Positions 1 through 12,521 of a stretch of DNA of 25,626 bases are shown here, one piece after another; the first letter of the stretch is position 1, and every line of letters begins with the position of its first letter. Source of the stretch: Trypethelium eluteriae (Eukaryota); assembly GCA_051942245.1 (NCBI GenBank), contig JAVECL010000030.1:62001-87626 (forward strand), read 5' to 3'. The notes beneath the pieces were generated by a model. The model was given only the letters and a program-made list of their open reading frames with translations. It had not been told where the DNA came from and made no database searches. A program made the position numbers and the translations under genes.

Positions 1-1
1 G

Positions 2-1024
2 CGCACCATTGAGATTTTAGAGCAAATGGGAAGATACTACGACAGGGTTCAAGACCATTGGCGAACCCTCGCATATCGGCGCGCTATCACTAGTCTGAAG
101 CGAGAAACTCGCAAAATCACCACGAAAGAAGAGGCTGTCCTCCTCCCCTTCATTGGCGAACGTCTCGCTGCCAAAATCGAAGAGATCGTCTGGACCAACC
201 GCCTGCGTCGTCTTGAGAACGCTCAACTCGACCCGACCGATAGGATCTTGCAACTCTTCCTTGGTATCTACAGCGTCGGTTTCGCCCAAGCCTCGCGCTG
301 GGTCCGCCAGGGCTACCGGACCCTCGCCGACCTTCTCCATCGTGCACCGCTCACCACCAACCAACGCATCGGCATTGCGCACTACGACGACTTCGCCTTG
401 CGCATCCCACGCAACGAGGTCACACAGCACGGCGCAATCGTGCGCGACGCCTTGCACGCCCTTGACCCAGACTTCGAAGTCGTAGTCGGGGGTTCGTATC
501 GCAGGGGGGCACTTACTTGTGGAGACATCGACTGCATCATCACACATCCAACACATTCGCTTTCCACGATCCGCGCCCTGGTGTTTGATACGCTTGTCCC
601 GCAGCTCTTTGAGCAGGGCTACCTCCGAGCAAGTCTCGCTGCATCTACGTCGGCGTCCAGTACGGGGACGAAGTGGCACGGTGCTGCGGCTCTACCTACC
701 TCGCCATCCGGCGATTTCGTCGGTAGGCAGAAGAAGCTGGAGGAGGGCCCGTGGAGGCGGATCGATTTCTTGCTAGTACCGCAGGAGGAGACAGGCGCGG
801 CGCTTATATATTTCACAGGGAACGATGTCTTCAATCGCAGTATAAGGCTGTTGGCGAGTCGGAAGGGAATGCGATTGAATCAGCATGGGCTATTTCGTGA
901 TATCATGAGGGGTCCAGGAAGGGTAAAAGTGACTGATGGGATTCTGGTTGAGGGACGTGATGAGAGGAGGATATTTGAGGTATTGGGGGTGCCTTGGAGG
1001 GAGCCGGAGGAAAGAATTTGCTGA
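2..1024 (+). CDS. POL4: DNA polymerase X family (Pol lambda/Pol4-like), 5'-partial; 8-kDa and catalytic domains
   Basis: Frame is open from the window edge (RTIEILEQMG...). PolX motifs GSYRRG..CGDID, RRIDFL, ALIYFTGND.FNRSIR and C-terminal PWREPEER. Stop TGA at 1022-1024. Confidence 0.93.
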   Translation, partial: RTIEILEQMGRYYDRVQDHWRTLAYRRAITSLKRETRKITTKEEAVLLPFIGERLAAKIEEIVWTNRLRRLENAQLDPTDRILQLFLGIYSVGFAQASRWVRQGYRTLADLLHRAPLTTNQRIGIAHYDDFALRIPRNEVTQHGAIVRDALHALDPDFEVVVGGSYRRGALTCGDIDCIITHPTHSLSTIRALVFDTLVPQLFEQGYLRASLAASTSASSTGTKWHGAAALPTSPSGDFVGRQKKLEEGPWRRIDFLLVPQEETGAALIYFTGNDVFNRSIRLLASRKGMRLNQHGLFRDIMRGPGRVKVTDGILVEGRDERRIFEVLGVPWREPEERIC

Positions 1025-1500
1025 CAGCACGCTGACGGCACGCTGACATGCAATTGCGACAACTGCAGACGCAGAAGATGAGCATCGCGGTCAGCCGAAC
1101 CAGCTATACCATATATGGTGTCCAGCGATTTGCATATTAGATTCATGGAATACCCCATTGGAAAGATAGTGCATCAACAGTGTTGCACCATAGAAAGAGC
1201 AAGAATGCTCCCACCTTCTCGGATAGACATTGAACTGAACAGATATGAGTCTTAGCCATCACCACCCCTATTTTCCTTCCTGCAAAGAATACTCCTACGA
1301 TTTGGATAATATGCCGCTGATCCTCGCTGGCGCGTCGATAGGTTAGAAGCGCGAAATGAGGGCTGAGCCTCCAAAATTGCCCCTCACCTCCCCGCGAGAC
1401 CTCTCCGCCGCCGCCTGGATGACAACATCCAAATCGACCTCATCGCCAATCCTCACCCCTGCATACCCTCGCGCGCTTACTCTCACTTCTCGTCGTCAAG

Positions 1501-2185
1501 ATGGGGAATTGCTTCGGCAAGCAATCCTCCTCCGAAGAAAACTTTTCCGGCCCTGGGCGAACGCTTGGCTCCGCCCCAACACCAGGCTCAGAACCAATTG
1601 CTCGACCCACCATACCCGCACGCTCATCCGCTGGGAAGACATTAGGCGGAGGCGATGCCTCGAGTGACGACCCGCGAAGCGCCGCGGCGAAAGCAGCAGA
1701 GGTGGGTGGCTCTTCCTTGAATAATGCAACAGCACGCAAGATCGTGGACAAGCATGCGCCAAGAGAAGGAAGATGGAGTAGATTCGCGACGTTGGTGTGG
1801 TTATGGCGGATGGTGAAAGATGCCGCCGGTGCGAAGAACCAGAGAACAGAAAGAAAAGCAGAATTTGCTGCCAAGGAGACATCAGAATATCATCGAGTCC
1901 CTTTCATTCACGAAGGCCACCGTGGCAAGCACATAACACAGGTCTCGCTTTTGTCTACGGACCGGAGAAGACGTGCTATACATTATCTTTCACTACGCTC
2001 ATTGCGCTAATGAATATGCTATCTCACAGGAGCGAGCAGCCAAAGGCCCGAACAAGGGCGTCCTAGGCAAGAAACTCGACGCGCAACGGCAGCAAACACG
2101 GACGAATACACTTGACGAAGCAAGTCGAGAGACCAGGTTGCAAAGGGACGCGGACGAAATAGCGCAGACAAGGAATTGGGACTGA
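1501..2185 (+). CDS. Small (118 aa) predicted myristoylated/palmitoylated Cdc48/p97-interacting protein, SVIP-like; exons 1501-1701, 2030-2185
   Basis: N-terminus MGNCFGK. SHP-box-like FSGPGRTLG. Intron 1702-2029 (GTGGGT...GCTAAT...CAG). Splicing creates RSAAAKAAE|ER, matching the VIM consensus Rx5AAx2R. Confidence 0.8.
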
Positions 2186-2570
2186 CGAATGCGTCAATCC
2201 TTGTACGATAATGAGGCATGTCCAATATAGACAACGATTCGGCGTCCAAATTTAGGATGGGCGGGTTTTGTTCTGCGCAGCATCGCGTAATCAGACCTTG
2301 GTTAGCTCACATCTGAGCGCGAGTGTTTAACAATCGAGTGACTTTGAGATTTGAGCTATTCTTGTGTCCCAGTGTGTACACAACTGTTCAAGATCACAAA
2401 TTGCCTCCATTCCGAAAAGTCATCCGTTCCCTCGCCCACCGCATAACACCCATGCCTATTGAAACGAGAGTATCCGAGGGACTGTCCTCGCCACCATCAC
2501 ACCTACAGATAATCCCCAGCCATCCCACCTCCCAAGCCTTCGCCAATCTAGTGAAAAGCTCCCCAACATC

Positions 2571-5500
2571 TCACACCACATTATACCTCCCACTCGCCGG
2601 CGCCCTCGCATCCGACGTCGCCGCCGCCTCAATCCCCTCCCGCAACAAGCGCATGAGATCGCGCATCGCCTGCGTAACCACCAACTCGGTATCGCCCTCG
2701 ACGAGGATATACAGCTTGGGCGCCTCGGTAGGGCCGGGGGTCTTGCCCGCGGCGTAGAAGTTGCCTTTGGTGGTGATGCTGGTGCCCGTGGCCTCGAGGA
2801 TCTTGGCGACGTTGGTGCGGTTCGTGACCGCCCAGCGCGCCTGTCGCGGGTGGTCGTTGATCTCGAGCGTCGCGTGGTATGCGCCTGCGTCTGGCCCTTT
2901 GTTGTCGACGGGTACGCCGGGTCGCAGCGTGCTGGACTGTGTGAGGCGTCCGCGGATGGCGGCCGCGGCTTGGTTGACGGCGGCGAGCTTGTCTGCGGCG
3001 CCGCTGCCGCTCGACGCAGGTGCGGTTTCGGTTTTGTGGACGACGATGTTTTGGTCGAGGTCGGGGACTGGGGTGCCGGGTTGTTTGGAAGAGGGTGTTG
3101 GCTCTGCCGGAGCGGCCCCGGATCCCTTGACGTTGATGCTGGGCTCTTCGGCGTCCTTGTCTTCCTTGTCCTCCTCCTCCGGCTCATCACCGGTCTTGTA
3201 TAGTTGGCGTTCACGAGTTCGAGCAGCATCGCGTTCCTGATCGAGTCTCTCTAGGCCTTTACCACCAAAGCCGAAACCTGCACTGTGCTCTTTACCCGCT
3301 TTCACTCTGACCAAAAAGTCATCCGCTAGCTTTTGCACGTCGTCTGGTACGTCTGCTCCGCTCTGCTTCATGGCTTTCACAATATCGACAGAGAATCTCT
3401 CCTGTTCCTGCGTAATGAAAGTGACAGCGGTGCCCTTATTGCCTGCTCTTCCAGTTCGTCCGCAACGATGCACATAGTCTTCCATATGGTTTGGCACATC
3501 GTAGTTGATGACGAGTTTCAATTGCTTCACGTCCAATCCTCGAGCGGCGACTGACGTCGCAACCATGACAGGAATGGCTCCAGACTTGAAGTCACCAATG
3601 GCGGAATCTCGATCAATCTGATCTTTACCACCATGAATCGAGTTACATGGATAACCCTTCTTCATGATTTCGGAGAGCAAGTGATCGGCGGTGTCTTGCC
3701 TCTCCACGAAAACCAGAGTCCGAGCGTCTTCATCTACGTCATTCAATTCACCTAACAGCTCCAGAGTCCGGTTAAACTTTTCTTTTTCCGGACGAATCTC
3801 AACGATTTGTTTAATATCAGATCCCACGACGCTTTTGCCACCACAAATGACCTCAGCCGTAGCGCCCTTACTCAGCGCCTTTTTGGCCAGACTCTCCATA
3901 TTCTTAGGAAATGTTGCGCTGAGCAGGATTGTCTGGCGGTCCGGTCGGATGTTATTCAGCAACTTCATGACCTGTGGCTCAAATCCCATGTCAAACATGC
4001 GATCAGCCTCGTCGAGAACCACATATGTAACGCGGCGCAAGTTTGTAACACGTCCAGAATTGGCAGCCAGAAGGTCGATAATGCGTCCAGGTGTAGCAAC
4101 AATAATTTCCGCGCCCTGTTTGAGCTCTGCAATTTGATCCTTGATCGGTGCGCCCCCGTAAGCACACACTGCTCTTAGACCAAGCGCTTTGACGAATGGC
4201 CGGCAATCCCGATGAATTTGCGTCGCCAGCTCTCTCGTAGGTGCCATTATCAATCCTATGGGGCCATCCAAGCCCTCCAAAGGTCTTTGGTCTCTGATGT
4301 GCCTCATTGCTGGCAGAATATAAGCCAATGTCTTGCCTGAACCGGTTTTCGCAACGCCAATTACATCAAACCCTGCCATTATAGCTGGTACCGCCTGAGA
4401 CTGGATAGGTGTAGGCGAGGTAAACCCCAATTTGTTGATTACCTCCAAGGTGACGGCTCCCAGCCCAAATTGGGAGAACTTAGTGACTGGCTTGGGCACG
4501 TTGACGCCTCTGACTTGGATTCCATCGAGTCTGAAACGTAAATTTCTGACATCATCGTCAGTCATCTCAGCAAGCTCGGCAGGTTCGGTGTAGAATTTCT
4601 TCCGGAAGGGCTCGTAGTTCATCTTGTCATGATTGACCGTCGGCATGTCTTTTTTCTTTTTCTTGGCAATGTTTGCCATGACATCATCCAACCCATCCGT
4701 GACCGCCTCCAGACCGTCTTCATCATCGTTGAAGAGGGCCTGAGGTTCCTGCTGCTTCGCTTTGGACTTCCCTCGCAAATCTCTAAGAGATTTGATGGGT
4801 TTTGGAGCATTTGACGTCTGCTCAAGGTCGTTCATGAATGCGTCCAGTGGATCTATTTCTTCATGGTCAACCGCAGAAGGCTCTTGAAATCCATTAGTCA
4901 TCTGAATGTCGCCGTTCGTGACTTTATTATCCACGGCTCCTTCTGCTCGATCAGTCGACGCATCAATCATACTCTGCTCCTGGAGGCGGTCTTCCCGCTT
5001 CTCGGCTGCCCTTCGAGCCGCAGCGACTTCCTCTTCTTCCGTACCGATTTCAGTCATGTCAACATCATCCTCGGCATCCGCGCCTTTATCTCCATCAGTC
5101 GATGCAAGAACCTCTTCTTGAATTTGGTTATCGTCGTCAGGAAGTATAGGCAGTGGCAGTTTTCCGAGTTTACGAGTGGACTCCTCGTCTTCCCCCATCT
5201 CCAGGGCGTTTTTACTTGATATTTTGTCGACATCATGGTGAGTTTTTCCACTAAACCCAAAGCCGCTGACATTTCCACGCGCCTTCAAAGGCTGTGCAGG
5301 AACCGTCTCATTCGCTTGTGGGACAGGATTCAGGCTCGTTGAACTGGAAGACTTGGCGGTCACTGGCACAGAAACATCACTGCCAAGGGTAGCTGAAGAT
5401 GACGCTTTGTCAATTGTCTTCTTACCGATTGCTTTGGGATCGAATTTCCCGGCATATGTTGCAGTTGTGTTGCTATCTGCTTGAGGACCGGGCGAGGGTG

Positions 5501-6263
5501 ACGTGGCGGTATCTGGACTGTTGGTAGCTTTCTTCTCCATCTCATCAAGAAGACTACGAGTTGTATTTGGAGTGCCTTCTACCCTTTTTGCCTGTTCTTC
5601 TTGCCTCTTTGCTTTCCAGGCATTAAGCTTGGCTTGACGCTGCTCTTGGAGCCTTTTCTGCTCATCGTCGTCTGACTTGAGGACAGGCGGCTTGCTGGTC
5701 TGGACACATGTCCTTTTAGCTCTGCTGGAAGAAGGAGGTTGACGATGACGTACTCCGCTATCCTTTACCCCGTTCACTTTCGATGGACCATCCCTAGAGT
5801 CATCTTTCCTTGCCTTTCGGCTCGTTTCCACGGAGTCCTCTCGGCGCCTCTTAGTTCGATCTCGAGAATCGTCACGTCTATCACGATAATCTCTGTCACG
5901 ACTACGATGTCGGCGATCCCTCAAGGGTGATCGTTCACGAGCTCGGTCACGTGAACGGTCCCTCCTGCTTGAACGATAGGCGTCGTCATCACGACGGCCG
6001 CCTCGCTTATCGTAGGAGCGATCCCGTCGACGATAGTCTTGGTCATGGTGTTTGCGCTGCAGAGAGGTTAATTCAATAGGTCGGATTGGAAGATGGCGGC
6101 GGGTGGAGTAGAGTCTTACGTCGCCACTTCGTGATCTGCTTCGATATCGATGGCCTCTGTCGAATTTTCTATCCCTGGCATATCGATCGTCCTCGCGACG
6201 GCTGCGCCGTGAGTAAGAGCTTTCTGTGGGTGATGGTGAGCGAGTGTCCCCTCGGCGAGCCAT
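2571..6263 (-). CDS. PRP5: Pre-mRNA-processing DEAD-box RNA helicase Prp5 (DDX46); exons 6263-6120, 6056-5754, 5699-2571 (about 1191 aa)
   Basis: RS/RD-rich N-terminus, DPLD motif ([10 protein letters not shown]), [31 protein letters not shown] and C-terminal LEIND..QARW region. Two in-frame introns (6119-6057 GTAAGA..CAG; 5753-5700 GTACGT..CAG) are hidden inside the 1259-aa ORF. Confidence 0.96.
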   Translation of the reverse strand: MARRGDTRSPSPTESSYSRRSRREDDRYARDRKFDRGHRYRSRSRSGDVRLYSTRRHLPIRPIELTSLQRKHHDQDYRRRDRSYDKRGGRRDDDAYRSSRRDRSRDRARERSPLRDRRHRSRDRDYRDRRDDSRDRTKRRREDSVETSRKARKDDSRDGPSKVNGVKDSGVRHRQPPSSSRAKRTCVQTSKPPVLKSDDDEQKRLQEQRQAKLNAWKAKRQEEQAKRVEGTPNTTRSLLDEMEKKATNSPDTATSPSPGPQADSNTTATYAGKFDPKAIGKKTIDKASSSATLGSDVSVPVTAKSSSSTSLNPVPQANETVPAQPLKARGNVSGFGFSGKTHHDVDKISSKNALEMGEDEESTRKLGKLPLPILPDDDNQIQEEVLASTDGDKGADAEDDVDMTEIGTEEEEVAAARRAAEKREDRLQEQSMIDASTDRAEGAVDNKVTNGDIQMTNGFQEPSAVDHEEIDPLDAFMNDLEQTSNAPKPIKSLRDLRGKSKAKQQEPQALFNDDEDGLEAVTDGLDDVMANIAKKKKKDMPTVNHDKMNYEPFRKKFYTEPAELAEMTDDDVRNLRFRLDGIQVRGVNVPKPVTKFSQFGLGAVTLEVINKLGFTSPTPIQSQAVPAIMAGFDVIGVAKTGSGKTLAYILPAMRHIRDQRPLEGLDGPIGLIMAPTRELATQIHRDCRPFVKALGLRAVCAYGGAPIKDQIAELKQGAEIIVATPGRIIDLLAANSGRVTNLRRVTYVVLDEADRMFDMGFEPQVMKLLNNIRPDRQTILLSATFPKNMESLAKKALSKGATAEVICGGKSVVGSDIKQIVEIRPEKEKFNRTLELLGELNDVDEDARTLVFVERQDTADHLLSEIMKKGYPCNSIHGGKDQIDRDSAIGDFKSGAIPVMVATSVAARGLDVKQLKLVINYDVPNHMEDYVHRCGRTGRAGNKGTAVTFITQEQERFSVDIVKAMKQSGADVPDDVQKLADDFLVRVKAGKEHSAGFGFGGKGLERLDQERDAARTRERQLYKTGDEPEEEDKEDKDAEEPSINVKGSGAAPAEPTPSSKQPGTPVPDLDQNIVVHKTETAPASSGSGAADKLAAVNQAAAAIRGRLTQSSTLRPGVPVDNKGPDAGAYHATLEINDHPRQARWAVTNRTNVAKILEATGTSITTKGNFYAAGKTPGPTEAPKLYILVEGDTELVVTQAMRDLMRLLREGIEAAATSDARAPASGRYNVV

Positions 6264-6663
6264 GGCGGCTCGAAGAGGCCAGTGGAAATTACCTTGCCAA
6301 CGTGGATAGGCAAGTAGCGACAAAAAGCACGACTGGTAAGCTGCAGTCAAATTGGACGGCTACTCCGCGTTGCCAAGTGAGTGGGGGACTGAGGATGATG
6401 AATGGCGGAAGAGGCGTGAGAGGTCAGAATCTTAAGCTCGCAGGTGGAGTGAAGCGCACGGATCAACGAAGCGCCGAAGTGAGTCAAACACGCTTGCCCG
6501 ATTTGGCACCTCGTCGAGCACCAGCCACGCGACAGCTCCAACCTCATATCCGTCGCATTACGGGGGACCGAGCGTTGCGTCCTGTGCTCTCCTCTGTTCT
6601 GCTCTGCTGTTTGTGGAGCAATTGCCTCGACTTGTCCGTCCACCCTCAATTCAGTCCGTCAGT

Positions 6664-7811
6664 ATGCTAGGTCGCTCGTTCTTGGGACGCTTGTCGACAC
6701 GGCTCCACCATACGCGTCCCCGTAACGTTACCCACCTCTCGCAGAAGCTTGTTCGCTTTGGCATCGCCCCGAATGTTGCCGTAGCATCCTTAACCTACCT
6801 CTTGCACAGTTCTCGTTCATTTCACAGCTCAATTCGGTATACAGCATCTCGAAGCGCTGCAAAGACCCGTAAACCGGCAAAGGCTGGACGACCCACATCA
6901 GATGGTACTGCATCCAAGCGAGCCCCAAGGAAGAAGGCTGCCTCTGGCAATAAATCACGCGCTCGCAAGAAAGCAGCCCCGAAAGCTACTGAAAAGTCGA
7001 CCAGGCGGGTGGTTTCCGAGAAGACTAAGGCACGGCAGGCTGCCAAAACGCAGCGCGACGAGATAAGGGAGCTCAAGGAGACTGCGCTCTTAAAGTCGGA
7101 ACCTCAAGATTCTCGTAGACTTGATGTTTGGAAGCTTATAGTGACGGAGGCCTGGCGAGGATCAAAACAAGGCCCTTCCCCTTTAAAGGAAGCATCTGAA
7201 AGATTTCACAATCTCAGCCCAGAAGAACGAGAGGTGCGTAGAAGGGATTGGTTTACAACCAAGCTTACATTAATTGCCTTCATTGTAGCATTACAATCAC
7301 CTTCTCAACGAGAAAAAGGCCAATTACACGTCTAGTTATCGCGAATGGGTCCATTCCCACACGCCAGAACAGATCAGACAGGCGAACAAGGCGCGGGTCA
7401 CCCTAAGACGCAAGCTTACCACTACCACTCCGAATCCAGGCCACAAGAAACGTCCCAAGTCTCACGGCAGAGTCATTCGTCCCATTACGGATGATCGTAC
7501 AGTTAAGGGACCACGCAGCTCACTCACCTACTTTACCAGGGACCGTCATCAGAGCGGTGATATGAAAGGGCTACGCGTTTCGGAGGCAGGGAAACTGATC
7601 GCAAATGAGTTTAATGCTTTGACTGCTAGCGAGAAAGAGGTGAGTCTTGCTGGTGTTCTCCGTGCAGACATAGTTTTCTGTTAATCTCTGACCCAAACAG
7701 AAATACGAAATCATGCAAAAAGAGGATGCTGCCCGGTATGAACGCGAATTCAAAGATGTCTATGGATATGATTCTCCCAGACGGACTCGAAGACGCTCGA
7801 ATGCTGCGTGA
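6664..7811 (+). CDS. HMG-box protein, probable mitochondrial nucleoid protein (Abf2/TFAM-like); exons 6664-7233, 7289-7639, 7701-7811 (343 aa)
   Basis: Arg/Ser-rich acid-free presequence-like N-terminus and Lys/Ala-rich linker. Two HMG-like segments (ASERFHNLSPEEREHY..YREWVHSHTPEQIRQAN; KGPRSSLTYF..EFNALTASEKEKYE). Canonical introns 7234-7288 and 7640-7700 keep the frame. Confidence 0.85.
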
Positions 7812-8069
7812 AGGACGAAGCTGAGTGACTTTGAACGGCGTTTTTGGCTTTTCACGTTCCCGGAATTCGATGATTTGGTTCCCGCTGGCTGGTATACCCA
7901 TCTAGTTTCAGTACGCCTTTTCTTTGCAGTTGGCCGTCTATATTTGTGTTGGGAGGGTCACTGGTGGACGTGTATACAAATCTGCTGAAATGCGCTGCTT
8001 GGCTTTAGCCCTTCGTAGCGTTGTGTTTAAGGCTATGTCTAAACGAAGAGGACTCGATGTATCCTAACT

Positions 8070-9347
8070 TCACAAGTGATCCATCGGCCATTGCCACGTC
8101 AAGACATCTCGTCCAGCATTCAATACGCTATAGCCTCCGCCTTGAAATCCACATACACTCAGGGCAAACCAGTCCTGCCCTGCCTGTCTTCGCGCATTCA
8201 TGAATAGCTTCTCCACAAAAGATGACGGCATAAATCCACGCCACTTGATGTTGACTAAGTTTCTCGTGCTCACTTCTACCTCCTTGCCCTCGGCATCCTG
8301 ACTAACAGGGACGACGTAACGGCTAAGGTAGGAATCGATCGAATCGTCAGCGCGAATCCTTGGAGAATCTAGCAGCGCCAGCCCAAGCCATTCGAGTAGC
8401 TCCGCCGCGTATTCATAGTCCTGAAGGCCGGTAGCTGGAAAGAAAGCTGGTATCCTTGCGCGCTCGATATGGTTCACTTGAGGCTTGACGGTCTCGTGGA
8501 ACGGATGATGTTTCGCAAGAGGCGACGCTGCGTCGGCCTCAGAAGACTTTGTCGGCGTGTAAAGATCGTAGAATAGCCAAGAGGGTGTGTTATTGAGCAC
8601 ATTCTTGAAAGCCCACTGGACCCGATTGAATCCCTTCTTGCCATGGACCATCGAGGACAGACGGAGGTCAATTTCGATTACTAGATCGCTTCAGTGTTTT
8701 AGCCCGTTCGTAGACCTGTAGAAGAGACTTACGAAAACGCGCCTTTTGATGTTTACGACCTCCAGATGATGTGGGTCTACCAACCAGGCCAACTCGTTCA
8801 TACGTCGGCCGGTCCAGTTCGAGCCGGAGTACGCCTTTTACATTATAAGTCTCGAACAAAGCTAGCTAGACGAAGGATACAAAGCACCATCTTGAAGACT
8901 GAAAGTATTGTCCACTTTTGGGCGCCCTTCTGATAACATCATGGCTTTACCTGTGTCAATCGTCAATAAGTCTTCCACGAGTCGTGAAATTCACTTCTGG
9001 GTACCGGTCTTGACGTATTTGTTGAAGAAATCCTTCTCGATGATATCTCCGAGCGACATGTAGACGCGGAAATATGGCTGAGAGTATTCATTATTGTGGA
9101 GCTTTTGCTCGATAAGATGGTATACTTCTGCGGGTAGCAACAAGTCGATCTAATGTTTCAATCGGTAAAATTGATTTTGAACTCGCTATAGGATCGTACT
9201 GACCGTATAATTATGGGTCTGTGATGCAAACGTCGAAAATGGCTTCCGCTTCGATGGCGGCTGATTTTCATCAACAAATGCCGGCAAGCTACTGTGTACG
9301 AAGGCGCATTTTGCAGATAGAGGTGCTTCTTTGGTGAAATTGAGCAT
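8070..9347 (-). CDS. RPP40: RNase P/MRP subunit p40 (Rpp40) family protein; exons 9347-9204, 9149-9005, 8950-8888, 8834-8733, 8680-8070 (354 aa)
   Basis: Four 52-54 nt GT-AG introns give a continuous frame with HNYTIDLLLP, MMLSEGR..DNTFSLQDGVLRLELDRPTYERVGLVG, IEIDLRLSSMVHGKKGFNRVQWAFKNVL and ELLEWLGL..DSIDSYLSRY, typical of fungal Rpp40. Confidence 0.87.
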
Positions 9348-9676
9348 GTTGTTTGAGACTGTGGTGTCCTAGATTCTTCGTTGAGACGTGCTGATAGGTA
9401 TTGAGAATGCGGGCAAGGTCCTCACGGAACTTGCAATGTCACTCAATGAATGATCCTCTGCTTTGTATAGATGTATACCTGGTACCAATTCTACTTGTGT
9501 TCATTTCGGCCACAGCCGGCTGTCTAGCGTATACAATGCAATCGACAACGGGGTATCTAACATGACTCTACATGCAAGTCGTCAAACGCTAGAAAATGCT
9601 CGCCAGTGGTAAAACCATAAGATTGATCATTTCCATGCCGAAAAACGCTCTCTCAGATACTCGTCCGTGAAGGTAC

Positions 9677-11371
9677 TCAGTTCGAAGAATTAGGCACTGA
9701 ATAGACCTTACATCGGCCTTCATGGCCCTCACAAGGCACAATGACATTTGCTTCATCGTGGGAAATCATGTCATGGTTTAGTTCCCAATCAGCTCTCTTG
9801 CATAGTTCGGACACAATGGTGTCGCACTGACCGAGGAGGGTTATATCAAAGTTGATGTGATGGACAGGCTCATCAGTCATTAGCTTACCAGCCCTTTGCC
9901 ACTGAATGGCTGACTTACATCAAGTGAGATATAGATATGTGGTACCATTGGGGGCATGATGCGCGGGATCTCAGAGACCGGGGCGACCTTCATACTCGTG
10001 CCAATCACCAGCACGAGGTCCACCTTTTCAAGATCGTGCTGAGTGATGCGATCAAAGAACATGTTAGGTAGAGGCTCGCCGAAGAAGGTGATGTCAGGCT
10101 TATCCCATCAGCAAAGCTGGATCATATCGATTGGTATATACTCTCAGGGCTGCCCACCTTCATGACGCCAGGTTCGGGAATATCATAACGGCCATCGTCA
10201 TCGTCGTCGGAATCGTCCCTGCTTTTCTTCCGTTTCTTGCCGTCATTGGAGCTTCGCTTTCGTTTGATGCCTGGCCGCTCGTTCTTCATCCGTTGAATGC
10301 AAACTCTGCATTTGGCAACTCTCTTCGCCTTCACGTCCTCGAAAATGTCACTGCCGGGCACTTTCCAGCCACACTTACGGCAAGTTGCTGTAGCCCATGA
10401 TCCATGACATTGTATGAGCTTCTCTGTAGAGATTCCAGCATTGCTTTCGAGATTGTCAATATTTTGCGTATAATTCGTCAAGAGTTTGCCTTTCTGCTGC
10501 AGCAAATGAATAAACTCGTGAGTTGGTGTCCATTGCTTCAAATCCGGGACAATGCTCCCCGCAAGTTCGTAGAAAGTTCTACAGAGAAGGGAACGGAGGT
10601 CAGAAATGCAAGTGCGACATCGGGCCGGCTCACCTTGGATCCTCGTCAAAATTATGGATGTCGAAGACCTCTTCCGGATCAGTGTAGCCCATTTCAAGTA
10701 ACTTCGAGTAAAACCCAGTGTGTTTTGACCGGAAATCAGGAATCCCGAGGCTTGTAGAAATGCCAGCTCCAGTGATCACCACAACATTTTGCGACTTGTT
10801 TAACAAAGTCGCAGCGTCGTCGATGGTGTTGAATTGAGGAAGTTTCTGACGCTTGCTGAGTTCGTCAGTGATGAGTTTTCCCAGTAAAGGATAGAGGTCC
10901 TCGTCTGGTGCTTCAAGAAACGGCGTGATGTTTATGCCGAACGCTGTGCAAAGTTTCTTCACTGTGACATTTCCGGAAGTGACAGTCTCGAGGACGAAGT
11001 GCTCTGCCCCAATTTCGTGAAGTCTCTTCCGATAATTGGCTGCCTCTTCCGCACCGCAACAATTGGGACCTACGTTGGAGATCAGTAGAAGCTTCGAACG
11101 GGCAGAGGTATTTGATAATCAAGATACCAGAGACCAGCTGCATCTCAGCTGCATTTTCAAGGAGGTCATTCAAAACAGAATCATTTTCCCAGTCATCAGC
11201 ATCACTGGCAATGCTGATGTCTGGCTTGTCCTCATTTTCTGTAAGCGCTTGGCGTTTGACGCGCTTCTGCACGCGTTGAGGACTTGGTTCTTCATCATCC
11301 GAAGAAAGGTCTATCACACTGCAAGATGACTTCTCTAGCTTTGTTCGACTCTGCAAGTTAGTCAAGGCCAT
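9677..11371 (-). CDS. SIR2: NAD-dependent deacetylase, Sir2/Hst1 class I sirtuin; exons 11371-11128, 11069-10634, 10578-10158, 10098-9919, 9868-9677 (490 aa)
   Basis: Motifs [30 protein letters not shown], CxxC..Cxx[11 protein letters not shown] and [10 protein letters not shown]. Four 50-59 nt introns maintain the frame. Confidence 0.94.
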
Positions 11372-12521
11372 TTTCCCGCTAGAGAGGAGTTGGAGCACGA
11401 TGTTATACTAGGTGTGCTCGTGGTACTCCGTGTAGTAATTAGAATCGCCGCATATCCGCATCGAGAAGATCGGGGCCACTTGCTTTTGCCGATCGACCAA
11501 TCACAAGAGCCAAATTTGCGAACCCACCAAACCCTTGGGGATATTATTTACAGGGCCGAAGGGGATCACCCACCTACCGGTCGCAATGCAGAAATCCACT
11601 ACATGAGGTATTTGCTGACGCTGCTCTTTCTCTCCAATTCCAACCTTGACTTCCCCTCAGTTCGCCTGTTCTGTATCTGTCCGATATTATGGATCGCACT
11701 GATGCGTTGCTGGACGGGCGTGTCCTGAGTCTTGTGTAGCTACATACCGCCCCTTGGTGACTACTCCGTACCTATGCTGAAGCCTCTGCAGCAGGGGCCT
11801 CCGAGAGCTGACTCGGAGCTGCTCCTTGAATCGCCAGGAAGCGAGATGTCTGCAACACGGGCGCCAAACTTTCAAGCGCCAGAACACCAACGAACTACTT
11901 TAACGACATTTCCGGATTTCCGGAGTTCCACCAGATCAAGCCATCTGGACTGCCATGTATTGACGGGCAGTGCACACCAGCAGAAAGCTCCACAGGCAGG
12001 CAAATACTTATGCATGATTTACTTAGTATTGTATTATCGCATGGTCTCACGAATGCCTTGTCGCTTGACGGGCAGGCGGTGCTAGACGTGCACTTTTCTT
12101 CATGCGTAGCGTAAGCCAGTGGAGCTAAAAGGCGGCTGTGAAGCCCCAGAGCTTGTGATGATTGGGCGAATTCTTGATGAAGGGTAGCTTTCGCCATAAA
12201 TCGCCACATCCGACTGCGTGGCTTCCAGTCCTTCCCCTGTCCGACTTTACCTAAAGCTTCACCTCGTCACGCTTGTCTTGCGCTAGCAGGCTTCTGGCCA
12301 TGTTTCGGCACACCAATACTGGGATGGACGGGCTGAAGGGTGGAGTTTACTTACCGTATTTATCCTACTCCGTCCGTTGAAAAGGGCTTCCCTCCTGATC
12401 CACTCGTACTTGAAGTATTTCGAAGCTGCCACTGTCGTTCCTCGTCTCTATATTGAGTTGCATTGCATTGCACTATCATCCTCACATTCGTTCAATTTAC
12501 TATTTCGATACATCTATAATC

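Noticed and set aside
2456..3240. Long alternative-frame and antisense ORFs over the GC-rich 3' end of PRP5
   Set aside because: Explained by high GC at third codon positions depleting stops; no terminal repeats or other sign of an insertion.
6264..6350. N-terminal extension of the 1259-aa PRP5 ORF
   Set aside because: It begins at a non-ATG codon; the first ATG (6263, GCCATGG context) fits Prp5 orthologues.
11390..12209. ORFs between SIR2 and the GPI-protein gene
   Set aside because: No domain similarity or coherent exon structure; likely divergent promoter sequence.
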